This document shows, in pieces, positions 39,131-51,720 of a stretch of 55,734 bases of DNA. The stretch covers positions 35,669,201 through 35,724,934 of the forward strand of contig NC_068984.1 of the NCBI RefSeq assembly GCF_001194135.2. The letters are read 5' to 3'. Numbering within the stretch: position 1 is the first letter of the stretch; the number at the start of each line of letters is the position of its first letter. The stretch comes from Octopus bimaculoides. Its lineage: Eukaryota. Made by a program: the position numbers and the translations under genes. The notes beneath the pieces are model-generated. The model did not search any database. It was not told where the DNA came from and worked only from the letters and a program-made list of their open reading frames with translations.

Positions 39131-40905
39131 TATCTATCTATCTATCTATNNNNNNNNNNNNNNNNNNNNNNNNNNNNNNNNNNNNNNNNNNNNNNNNNNN
39201 NNNNNNNNNNNNNNNNNNNNNNNNNNNNNNNNNNNNNNNNNNNNNNNNNNNNNNNNNNNNNNNNNNNNNNNNNNNNNNNNNNNNNNNNNNNNNNNNNNNN
39301 NNNNNNNNNNNNNNNNNNNNNNNNNNNNNNNNNNNNNNNNNNNNNNNNNNNNNNNNNNNNNNNNNNNNNNNNNNNNNNNNNNNNNNNNNNNNNNNNNNNN
39401 NNNNNNNNNNNNNNNNNNNNNNNNNNNNNNNNNNNNNNNNNNNNNNNNNNNNNNNNNNNNNNNNNNNNNNNNNNNNNNNNNNNNNNNNNNNNNNNNNNNN
39501 NNNNNNNNNNNNNNNNNNNNNNNNNNNNNNNNNNNNNNNNNNNNNNNNNNNNNNNNNNNNNNNNNNNNNNNNNNNNNNNNNNNNNNNNNNNNNNNNNNNN
39601 NNNNNNNNNNNNNNNNNNNNNNNNNNNNNNNNNNNNNNNNNNNNNATATATATATATATATATATACCAACCTATTTATTTATAGATTTATCTATCCATC
39701 AATCTTTTTATCGTTTTCTTTTATCGTTCTTTTCATAGTCTCTGTCCATCGGTCTTTGTATTTTTGCATCCTGCAACTCGTTTCTGTATATTTTAAACTT
39801 ACTATCTACTACCCACTTAAGCATATTTATCAAAAGAGCACTAACTTTTCTAACTTCAATTCTTCTTCCGTTCTGAATCTGTGTAACTCAAAATTAACTA
39901 TCGTATATTTTCTCTCTATATTCCTTTATCGTCGCTCTTTAAACATTATTCTTCCTCATTCATAAGGCAAGAAAAACTTCATTTTTCAACATCTTCCTTG
40001 TCCTTCAAGCAATCCTTTGTTAAACTAGCTGGTCAGTCGCCTGCTCTTCTACACTCGTTTTATTGCAATATATTTTTTCATTAATCGCAAATGGCACTTA
40101 GATTTTCCGACAACCGTCTTTCACAAAAATTATCGTAATTTTATGGAAAATTTCCGAAATTTCTGTGATATTTGCTCAACACCTAAAATGAGAATGAGTA
40201 GTATTTGTCTTTTGTTGCGTTTAGTGTTGGGTTTGTTTTCTATAAATCATTTTGTCGTCCCACTCTGCGTTAAACTTTCATTATATGTGATGTGTATGCG
40301 TGAATTATACACGAGTTGTGTGTATAAATATGTGTATGTTTATGCATGCCAGTAAGTGCATACATGAGTATGTGTAAAACTCGTACTGAAAATATAATGT
40401 TTTCTATGAATTTATTGACGAATATATGAGGGTAATTTATCATTGTGGTTGACAAAGAAATGATGGGGTTTGGCCATATTATCCACTTCACGCGGTTACT
40501 CTCTAGTGTGATTATCTTGCTCAGAAAGTATTATCTGCGAGTACGCACGCCTACATTTCCCGTCTATCTGATGTGAGGAGAGAGAATGTATATAACAATT
40601 GCCAAATGAAGCCTCATTCCATGCAAAGTAATGAATGATTAATATGTTATAAGTAATTGCTGTTATTTATCTTTGAGACTTGATTAGTAACGTATGAACA
40701 CACCTTCCTTTCGCATAGAATTATGTGGTTGAGGATATATTTTAAGAAATTTAACAAAAGATACGTCAGACAATCCATCAAATATATATGTATGTATATG
40801 TATATATAAATGTTAGAGAGAGAGAGTTAGGAAGGAGCGAGAGTTGCATAGACAAATAGATAGATAGATTGATAGACAGATAACTGTATTTACTTACATA
40901 TATTT

Positions 40906-41037
<132 letters not shown>

Positions 41038-43335
41038 TGAGTGATACATATATATATATATATTTAGCAACTTGACATCCTACAAGCCCATTTCGCAGCC
41101 TCCTTTATATAGTAATAATTTCAGCGTAGAATAAAATTATTTTAAATTGTTTGCATGAATGTGCATGGTTTGCATTATACATTTCGATATTCACAAATCA
41201 ACACAAATACAGAAAAGAGCAACGATTCAAACTACTGTAAGTTTGATATGTACCATCAATATCAGAATTGTAGCATAAAATATTATTTCAAATTATGTTG
41301 CCTTAATCTTTACAATATATTGCGGAAATCTTCTTATCTATGAAGTAATGTAGCACTCAATGTGTGCACCTGTGTGTGTGTGTGTATGTGTATGTGTGTG
41401 TGTGTGTGTGTGTGTGCGTGTGTGTGTACATGTGTGTGTATGTAGTTTTGAATTTAGAATTGATTCCGGTTTTTCGTATCAACGAAATAACTATAGAGTT
41501 ACAATCTATAGTAATAAATTGCGTTGGAATTACAATTCTAGAACGAGTGACAAAATTTATTAAAATATATTAACTAAATCATATTAATCACAGAGGATAG
41601 ACATAAATAATAGAATAAGCTTACTTTCAAGACTGATAGGGCAATTGCATTTGTTTTAATAGTGAGTATGTTCATAACTTCGGCATATATAAATAACATT
41701 TTACATAAGTGAAATTCATGGAATATAACGCATATAATGTATGCTACATTATGTTTCGTTAGCCTGTGTGGCTGCAAAATTATATTCGGAAACGACATAT
41801 TCCCCGTAAGATTTCTTAATTTAGTTTTAGAATTTTCAGTGTTAGTCTATTCTGTTTTGAAAAAGGAAAAATCAAAACATTGTGCAAATTAAACATTCAA
41901 AAACATGTCATGAACTGATTTATTTGATGCAACTCTCTCCACAAAAACAAATTTCTTAAATACAATAAGCAATAAATCACATTTTATTTATTATCACTGT
42001 TCTGTTTTAATTTTGAAACTGTTTTCTTCTATTTTGAAATCATCAAGCAGATAACATTTTATGTGTAAGACTTTGTAAAACCACGATGCATAAATAATTG
42101 ACCAAGTTTTGAAAAAAGGCTTAACTTTGAGTCTGAGCGGATATTATTCAAACATACTAAATATTGATTTCTACTTTGCAATTAAAAGTGGAAGAAAATG
42201 TATTTGTAATAGAGCTGTCACCGCCTAATAATTATTATTTAAACACCACAGTCGTTGTCGCTTATTAAGAAATATATTTTTACGACTGTTAATGCAATTC
42301 CAAACTATTTTTGTATAAATTTTCCAGCGCTTTTATTGGCTGCATCTTGTGAAAGTATGAGCTGGGTGAAAGCACAGTTCCTAATTTAAGAGATAAAAAG
42401 CTATGTCGTATTAAAGTAATGATTTACGGTGTTCAAATTCTGCAAAACTGATTTTCAATTCCACAATGCTTGAAAACAGAACAAAGTGATGTATCACGTA
42501 ACGGAACGACGTAGTAGCTAGCTGATTCTCTTTTGATAGACCATAAGAAAGTATTTAAGCATCACTTTATTTTCTTTATTTAAGTATCACTTTTTTCTAC
42601 TTTTTTATTAATGGCACTCATGCAAGCTTCAACTTCTAGCCTACAATAACATCTCTCTCTACACCACCTTTTTAATGCTACTTCTTTCTCGAATTTGGAT
42701 GCACTGGATGGGCTGATGGCGTAATAGAGTGATGGCGTCTGAGATATGCTATATTTCGGTTTAGTGAAATGAAAGAAAGCAAAATTGAGCGCAATTACTT
42801 TGTTTAAGGCAGATGTGCATGTAGATGAAAGAATCTGTTGTAGGAAGTGGTGGACTATAACAGTTCCGTTTAATCGTATATACCTATTTATATGAGCACA
42901 TATTTTCTCTCGTACACCCACATATTTTGGAAAATTGCTATTCGTTAAAGCCTTGTCATAAATTTGTAGTTGTATTGTTATTCAGACACATTCACACTAT
43001 GCACAATGCCACAAATATACATGAATTTTAGCGCTAAACCTTTCACTCATAGCATGAAAACTAAATTTCACACGGAGTATTAGGAAAGAAACATTAAATA
43101 TTTGATAAATCATCCGAAATGTTTAAACGAAATCAAAATTGATACAGTGCTACAAATTTACATTTACACTTGTATCTATGCGTACGTGCACTGCTGTTAT
43201 ATATGGAATTGCATATACACTAAGTGAGCCACCACAAATACGCGCACCAATAATTATTCATTAATCTTAAAACGTATGCATATATATGCATGCCTACATA
43301 TATACATACATATATATATCCATACACTCATATAG

Positions 43336-43405
<70 letters not shown>

Positions 43406-43419
43406 ATAACTTAGCTATT

Positions 43420-44460
43420 TAAACGTCGATGTTTCGGCCAAAGACTCGCCCCGGCCGTGTTTAACTGAATAACACCAATTGATAGGATCTGCTAAGTCAT
43501 TTTAAAGTCAAATTTTGTGATCTCCTGGCCCATTCATGTAGGGAGTTTTTATTGACTGAGGTGTATCCGGGTAAATGGAATTTATATGGTATCCCTTGAA
43601 GAAATTTGTCCAGATTTCATTTGAAGGTGAATGAGTCTCTTGATTTCATTTGGGGGCAATGTTAAATAATGCAGGGGCTGATGAGAAAAACAATTGTCTT
43701 ACAGTGAATTTATGTGTTACGATTTTTAATTGTGTAGGGAATGTATTACACATGGCGCCTGCCTTGGTTGAATTCTGAATCGAATGTTAAGTCGTTTGGA
43801 CGATACTGGTGTCATTTTCTTCTCGTTGCTAAAATGATGTGACGCCCACGGCGGCGCTGAACAGAATACATTTTCAAAGTACTAAGGCAGTCCCAATAAT
43901 GCAGTCATTTTCTGAGGTGACTCAATTCTCGTAATATTTTGCTTTGTGTGTGGAGACCAAGGCAACAGTAGCATTAAAAGTGTGTTATTACAAGTGAGGA
44001 ATGATGGCATATAGCACTGAGGACGCATAAGTTCGGAGGAGTCAGCAACTCATCCTGTGAGCTATATGGATCTCATTGTCGTTGTGAGCACACCAACAAA
44101 GATTGTTGTCAACAATCACACCTAGGTCACTAATATTACTGGATGCTGTGAATGGTTCTCCTCAACGAAGAAAATATAATGGTTTGAGAGCAGGTTTTAT
44201 TTTTCCAAAATGTATAAGATAAAAGTTTCCCTCATTTAACCGCTTTTTGTTTTTGTCTGTCCCATTGGTTTACCGCATACAGATCAGATTGGTATACAGT
44301 TCGGCGTTCTTCTCCATTTCCTGAAGTCATCTACGAATATTTTTACATTGTTATGTTTGATGACGCTTTATATGTCGTTTATAGAGTCTATAAACAGGAG
44401 CTGGCTCGAAACAGTCTCCTTAGCGAGACCACTAGTAGGATCCAGTAGTATCCACTGATC
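43420..44460 (-). mobile_element. 5'-truncated CR1-type LINE (RT motifs to 3' end)
   Basis: Minus translation SGLAKETVSSQLLFIDSINDI*SVIKHNNVKIFVDDFR (decayed SGVPQGTVLGPLLF..FADD), QSDLYAVNQW, SNISDLGVIVDNNL, ..YWDCLSTLKMYSVQRRR. The 3' end abuts a (TG)n run. Confidence 0.9.
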
Positions 44461-44957
44461 AGAACATGTTTTATATACATATATATATATATACATACAT
44501 ACATGTGTGTGTGTATGTACCTATGTATCTATATATATCTATGTATGTGTATACGTGTGTTGAAAGTATGTATGAGTGAGAAAGTTAGGGAAATATGGAA
44601 GACCATTTGGCTGGTATATTATTAAAAGGATGATAAATAGACACACTGAGCCTCTAAAATATTAGATCTTACTACAAAGAAAGCTGAAATAAATATCGCA
44701 TCACGTAATGTACAGCATTATAATGATTCTGTATAGCTATACATACCTACATATGTGTGTGAGTGTGTGTTGAGAGAGTGAGAGAGAAATACAACGAAAG
44801 ATATAATTACTTGTGTACATATTCATCTATTCATATAAATAATTATATATATTATTATATATGTATATAGATAAATAGATTTTGATATGGGTACTTATGA
44901 TATATTTATATGTATACTTTTATATGTATGTATATATACACACACACATATATATAT

Positions 44958-44970
<13 letters not shown>

Positions 44971-45042
<72 letters not shown>
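44971..45042. repeat. (TA)n microsatellite within a TA/CA-rich block (44880-45200)
   Basis: Read directly; source of the poly-IY ORFs. Confidence 0.95.
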
Positions 45043-45048
<6 letters not shown>

Positions 45049-45918
45049 TATTTCTATTTATATATATACACACCCACACAGCTATTCAAGTGCGTGCGCA
45101 CACACATACACACACAGCACACGCACATATATACTCCAATATATGTAAATACATATTTTTATATGTAGATGGGAATATGTATATACGTTACGTATACCAT
45201 ATAATTTCAGAATTCTAATATTTTATAATTATCGAGGAGATAACATATTTTAATTATAGAGTACTTCAAAAGTTATTCGTAGAAGAAGCGATTATATGTT
45301 ATATAACTTTGGCTATTTAGTAGTAATATTTCTTTAATACTGTATTTGACATATCCTATTAATGAAATATTCTGCACTGTGCACAGTGTATATCTGCTAT
45401 TATATTAAGTGTATACCGTTAATTTTGTAAATAATAGCTTGTATTCATAAATAATTATTACAAGGCATACACTATGTACAGCGTGTATTTTACGATCACG
45501 CGAAACTTAAATAATGTGTCTCATTAGAATACTCTATTGCGTTATTTAATATTTTTTCTTTCAAAACTTTTTCACTGTTCTTGGTCTGTTAACGGCGAGG
45601 CGTTCAGATAAGTATATTGTCACTGATGTAGAAACATACAATTTTTTTTATAGATTAATATAGCCGAAGAGAACTAATCAAATTTACGCTAAAGAACGTA
45701 ATTTGTAAAGTTCGCAACCTAGGTCCTAGATGATCCGCATCTGAGTTGTGCATTTATTTAATGATTTTCCTACAGGTAAGATGAAAAAAATGTGTGTGTA
45801 TATATATATATATATNNNNNNNNNNNNNNNNNNNNNNNNNNNNNNNNNNNNNNNNNNNNNNNNNNNNNNNNNNNNNNNNNNNNNNNNNNNNNNNNNNNNN
45901 NNNNNNNNNNNNNNNNNN

Positions 45919-46831
45919 CGAAATCTTCAATAACTACGACAATTACCATAACCGAGCTCTAGTTTCTAGTGGTTTCTCCCAGAAGACTAGATTTGTACCC
46001 AACTGTAGACTTGAGGAACACCTCTCAAAAATTAGCCCTAGACAAACGCGCACATATATTGGAAATCAAAACCCTCCTACAGTGATCAAACAATCTCGCC
46101 CACCTCGCACCCACACACACAAGATTCGATCTACGAACACTAATACTAATACTAAACCATCCAACTCTCCCCTAACATTCACTAGGAAATACACTTCTCC
46201 AAACTTGCGTAATAAAAGCGGTGGGAGATCTTTTCTCTGGTATACATTCGCTTTAAACGTTCAGGGCATCACTAAAGCATTCATTATAATAGTAGAATCT
46301 AAGAAACATTCTGTCTTTAACAAATACACTTTAAAATTAATCTATTCATCTACACCAAATATAGAATCTATTATCAGCTCGTCAAACAAACGTAAACTTA
46401 GCTCTTACTATGTAAATGCATACAACACAACCATAAATCTACACAATGAAAACACTATCACCGATCGCCATATCATATTTAATGCCCATCTCCCGACCCC
46501 TTTAAACAAATTAACATTACTGAAAATAATACTACTATTAACACTCCTACCACATACGCTATTACTAAATAGTTGCAATAATAACGTGACTAATAGTTGC
46601 AATAATAACGTGACTAATACCACCTCCACTACCACTGCTAAGACTAACACTACAACCTATAAGGCTACCACTGCCGTTGCTGCTGCTTCCATTACAACTT
46701 CTGCTGCTGCTACTACTACCACTACAAATACTACTACTACTACTACTACTACTAGTGGTAGTAGTAATGATAACAATAAGTATAACAGCGATGCCGATAA
46801 CGATAATGACGATAATAATACTAGAACTACC

Positions 46832-46928
<97 letters not shown>

Positions 46929-47345
46929 GTTAACCATTGTAGAACTGATAACTGCAACAGCAGATCCGGGACAGCCTGCCCGCTTGAAACCCTATACAGA
47001 AGATTCAACGACGTATATCATTGCACCGTTCACAACTTAGTACATAACTCCTGTAGCTACTATATTTGATCTACCACATTTAAACTCGTTGAAATATAAA
47101 GAGAATAGCAATTCCACAATACTATACAGTTACGTACACCATCTAATTAACAGAAAAATACAATATATTCTTTCCTGAGCTATAATATACTCTGGCATCC
47201 CGTGTCAGGGCCAAAAATATTAACCTCAAAATATTAACCATAATTCACCACAATTGTTTAATAAACACAATGAAACTTTCATTACCTGTTAGCACAAATT
47301 CTCCCGCACTTTTGAATTCTTTCTTAAATCTAAATGTAATTCACC
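45919..47345 (+). mobile_element. Penelope-like element: RT C-terminal/thumb region, low-complexity linker, GIY-YIG endonuclease (decayed)
   Basis: EIFNNYDNYHNRALVSSGF..HSVFNKYTLKLIYSSTPNIESIISSSNKRKL matches the PLE IFN..L..SGY..HKIFN..T.K.SYSCMPN..SIISSHN pattern. NCNSRSGTACPLE..VYHCTV..YYI*ST is GIY-YIG, and NSTILYSYVHHL..YILS*AII continues it. The 5' end is lost in a gap; the C/T-skewed UTR-like sequence may extend to ~48300. Confidence 0.85.
46835..46926. repeat. (TC)n microsatellite inside the Penelope-like linker
   Basis: Read directly. Confidence 0.95.
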
Positions 47346-48444
47346 CCACCACGAATAACACCCACATACAAACTTCTATGATCATTAACACACACCCCTC
47401 TATATATTTTCTTTCTAATTTACCTCATCACTTTATACAATAAATATAAATTATTTAATTTATTTTTAAATCTTCAGGCAATAAATCCACTCATATAAAA
47501 TTCTGACTCCTACTCCTAAATTATTTAACTAGTTTCACCATTCTCGACTACCTACCCCACCCAAAACCCATTGCTAAAAAAAGACTCTACAGCCGCTAAT
47601 CTTAGCCAGAACGGACACAGGGGTTTACTACTAGATTTCCTACCCAACTCCTATAGACTACAAGAATAACACTGGCACCTACTACTCTCTTTAAACTACT
47701 TTCATTTTCTCTATTCTCTTCTCTTTTCGGCCGTCTTTGTACACTATATTCTTTGACACTGTATGTTTATATACTTTACTTTATCCTTAAAGCTAATCCT
47801 TAACTTCCCCCACACTCTCTCTACCTCTCATTCTATTTATTTAATTTTCTTTCCTTTTACCACTTAATAGCCACCTCAGCGAACAGTGTGTTATTGAACT
47901 TTGATATGTTCGCGTCTTTTTTTCTGGATGTTTACAATATCAGGACTTTAACCCACATGGATTTACGTAAGATTGCACCTAAGGCATTATGGACATATCT
48001 AAAACATCGGAAGGTTGAACTTTTATGCTTTTTGTTCTTTTCTCTCATCTCCTTATTCCTTTACTCCTGTCTTCTAAGCCGCCATGTCATTAATATTTAC
48101 CCTTCTAATTTTCCCTCCAATCATAATAATGTATATGACTTGAGATGCTTGCCTTGCCTTAACGTTTGTTGTCCTGTTTAACAATTATTTATCCGCTATA
48201 GCCGAAACCTGTAATGGCTCCATAACTACCGTCTCAGCTATAACTTTGGAGCCCTAGTAATGCGTTACAGCACTTAACTAGAGTACCACATTGTTACGAT
48301 CACCTGTGAACTAAATACCCATACTTTATACATATATATATATGTATATATATACACACATCAGAGTAATGACATAAATGTGATACAAGGTGGAAGAAAT
48401 AGTACTCTAATAGCGAAGGTAGATTCTTAATGCAGAGACATAAC

Positions 48445-48492
48445 AAAAACTGTTACTCAGGGTTATATTTTCCCGTTCGTCGGAGAGTTTTT
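48445..48492 (-). ncRNA. Degenerate minimal type I hammerhead (Penelope pLTR-type)
   Basis: Minus strand AAAAACTCT CCGACGA ACGGGAAAAT ATAAC CCTGA GTA ACAGTTTTT. Stem I (8 of 9 pairs) and the GUA triplet are correctly placed, but the core CUGA reads CCGA and GAAAC reads ATAAC. Confidence 0.45.
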
Positions 48493-49658
48493 GTGATGTC
48501 TTTGCAGCTTTATTACTAAAGTATATGTATATATATATTTCTACCATCATTATTTAATATAAAATAGGANNNNNNNNNNNNNNNNNNNNNNNNNNNNNNN
48601 NNNNNNNNNNNNNNNNNNNNNNNNNNNNNNNNNNNNNNNNNNNNNNNNNNNNNNNNNNNNNNNNNNNNNNNNNNNNNNNNNNNNNNNNNNNNNNNNNNNN
48701 NNNNNNNNNNNNNNNNNNNNNNNNNNTATATACATACATACATACATATATACGATTTCGTATGTGTGTGTGTGTGTGTGTGATTATGTGTGTATGCGTG
48801 CGCGTGTGTGTGTGTGTGTGTGTGCGGGCGCGTGTACAAAGTAGCATAGCAAGATATATATAACGTACCTTGTTACAGTATATCTGATATCATATATGCT
48901 GCATGTACTTGACAATTAAATGAATCAGAGATCGAGTGATCGGGCAAAATCGTAATGAATTTTGAATATTCACGATGAAACACCCACCTTATCCTTTATT
49001 CCTTAAAGGTTTCTTACATCTCATATGATGATACACTTTATCAGATTCTATATTTGTAAACGACAGGCAACGGCTTATGTGTTCAATGCAAACAATTTCT
49101 TTCATTATACAAAGGCTTCTTGGGAAATGTTTTTTAATCATCCAGGAGATTTTAATCTTGTTGATTTTTTCATTGGGGAGTAAATCCAATTTTTCCCTCT
49201 TAATTAGGAACGCATATTATCTCCACTATTCTACAAATATATAAATAACATTGTTCGATTTCTCAACTTGTTCGGTATACGAAGATGTGTTGTATACAAA
49301 TATATATCTACTACATACATTGCTAGCAATCATACACAGACGTATTTTGTAGTAATATATATCTTTAATATTATCGAGCATCTTTTAACGTCAAACTTTT
49401 CAGTCACATTTATGCGAACTACTCCGTGGAATATTTTCTTTGCATAAATTTAAACAGCTATTAGCTATTTTTCTGAGTTTCCTGAATATTTTTTTCTTTT
49501 ATTTTAAATAGTTTGTTAACTCGTGTCTTTTACAAGATTTCTTTTAAAGCACGGTGGGTGTCTTTATTTACTTTCTAGATACTAAGGAATTATATCAAGA
49601 ATTTCGATAAAATTGATGTTTCAAAAACTTTTGTTCAGCAGGTTAATTATTTGCTAGG

Positions 49659-49790
49659 TTGGTTTCAAATTTTGGCCCAAGGCCAGGACATTTGGGGGGA
49701 GGAGAAAATGAATTATATCGATCCCAGTGCTCAACTGGTACTTACTTTATCGACCCTGAAAGGATGAAAGACAATCGACCTTGGCGAAAT
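49659..49790 (-). mobile_element. SINE 3' two-thirds
   Basis: TTTCAAATTTTGGCCCAAGGCCAG..ATCGATCCCAGTGCTCAACTGGTACTTACTTTATCGACCCTGAAAGGATGAAAGACAA. Confidence 0.85.
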
Positions 49791-50248
49791 AACTTCCTTC
49801 TGATATTAATATATTATTTTCAGTTATCTGAATTAAAGCCACTAAATATCGTTCTTGAATGAGTGCCATATTAGACTATTTTTACTAAGTTAATAAGTAG
49901 AGGAAGGCATTAATTTCATCTTGCGTTAACATAAAAGAATCTGTTTTATATTACCATACGCCAAGCTCAAACGGGTAGACTGAAATTATACTGCGAATGC
50001 ATAAGTCATTCAACTTACTAGTTTTAATGAGATAACCGCAGTATAATTGTACTTTCATGATTACGCTGCCTAGAAATGCCTACAAATATTTGGCTTTATG
50101 GAAAGGTTAGAAATTTTCATATAAGCTAATACAAAACGCATAAGTGGTTTACCTCAACATGATTTGATCAAACACTTATATTAAGTAGTTTACTCTGCTT
50201 TCGTTTTATTATTTTAACTTGCTTCTGCTTGTAGTAAAGATTGTTTGC

Positions 50249-50783
50249 CAACATAATATGGCAGTCCTGGTTTAAGACTAATGTTGCTGTAATTTAGCCC
50301 CAGGAGATATCGTCTCCAGCGGGCTATACAACACGATCTGTGTCCTTACATTTTCAAACAAGGGAATCTAGCATCCCCACCCAGCTGAAAACAATATCTG
50401 TGTATCACGATTTCTGGGTTATTTCCTTCTATCAGCACAGAATAATTGTTCGGCTAAAGGTGGCGTTGCCAAATTCCCATTCGAAATATATATTAATTTT
50501 CTAATTTATAAATCAGTGACTAGGGGTCACTTTGAAAACTATATATTTTGAGCGGGACTTTGGCAGCGCCACCTTTAGCCGAACAATTATTCTGTGATAA
50601 TGAAGAGAAATAACCCAGAAATCGCGATACACAGATATTGTTTTGAGCTGAGTGGGAATGCTAGATTTCTTTGTTAGAAAATGTAATGACACAGATCGTG
50701 TCGTATAGCCAGCTGGAGATGATATCCCCTGGGGCTAAATTATAGCAACATTAGTTCTAAACCAGGACTGCCATATAATGTTG
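50249..50783. mobile_element. Foldback/MITE-like element, ~244-bp inverted arms around a 47-bp spacer
   Basis: 50249-50492 matches the reverse complement of 50540-50783 (about 90% by eye, including an uninterrupted CACAGAATAATTGTTCGGCTAAAGGTGGCG run). No ORF; TSD not resolved. Confidence 0.85.
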
Positions 50784-51720
50784 TATGGAACACAGAACGG
50801 AGAACTGGAATTTTGCTCGGGCTGACAGTACCAAGGGAAGATAACATCGCTAATGCAGAGCAACGGAAAGAGAAGAGGTACCAAAAATTAATCGAAGAGT
50901 GCAGAAAACAGGTATCGGCTGTCGAGTATCACCACCTGGCAACAGGGGCTAGATGCTATATTGAAAGGAAAATGATAACGTTATTAAAAAAAACAAAAGT
51001 TTGCACTTTCGAGGTCAGAGCTAAGAAAAGTAATAAGGAGGATACAGGAGGCATGCGAAAAAGCCAGCTTTTATATGTGGCTGAAGAGAGAAGACCCAAA
51101 ATGGATTGAAAGCCATAACATACTGACTGGGAAATAGCATCGCTAAGTGAGACCGGCTGACACTTAAGCAGCATCACCGATTGACAGGTAGCGGTCTCGT
51201 TCATCGCGCCCCTCCTCCCGGATCGAAGGCTTGTACCACCAAACAGCTGGTCTACTCTCGCCGCTGGAACTGAAACTAACACGACACTGTTGGAAGGCAG
51301 GTTTAGAGAGGGCGCAGTCTAAGATTATGCGCCCTTCCCCTTCATTGGTCAGTTGAAGTTTAGGCAGTGTCATTGACAACTAGCTGGAGCTGGCTGCTGG
51401 AGCCTACCAGCAAGTATTTAAAGGGAAATTTGGTAAGATGGTCAGCCGCCCGCTGACACTCGTAGATGCTGCATCGAAGAGGTCAGGGAGCAGAAGGACA
51501 AAGGAGAAAAAAAGAAATGCACTCAACACCAGAGCTAAAGACACCTCCGAAAGGGGGAGGCAGGTCGAAAACGGTAGAGGAGTAGGAGCTGAAACTGGAC
51601 GTGGTTTCTCCTGATGATGTCCTTAGCCACTGGATCCTATAAAGGAGATGTTGAGGTAGCAAACCACAAAACGCAGTTGGAATTCCTCCGCCCTTTTATT
51701 TTTCCCGAGCGTCAAACAGC
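50784..51720 (+). mobile_element. 3' fragment of an RLE-type non-LTR retrotransposon (HERO/NeSL/R4-like) with a GC-rich putative 3' UTR
   Basis: WNTERRTGILLGLTVPREDNIANAEQRKEKRYQKL..ATGARCY then, after a frameshift, ..IQEACEKASFYMWLKREDPKW. This fits the restriction-like endonuclease PD..ELTVP.E..A..RK..KY..L..EVG.RG pattern. The UTR extent is inferred from composition. Confidence 0.75.

Noticed and set aside
43420-43465. CGAGTCTTTGGCCGAAACATCGAC at the CR1 3' end as a hammerhead
   Set aside because: No CUGANGA, no UH after stem III and stem I is out of register; more likely the LINE 3' stem-loop.
46570-46617. 24-bp direct repeat as a CRISPR-like array
   Set aside because: Two adjacent units with no spacer, inside a eukaryotic retroelement; a simple tandem duplication.
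45919-47900. C/A-rich, G-poor block as a mitochondrial insertion (NUMT)
   Set aside because: The translation gives Penelope RT-thumb and GIY-YIG motifs; no mitochondrial gene motif was seen.
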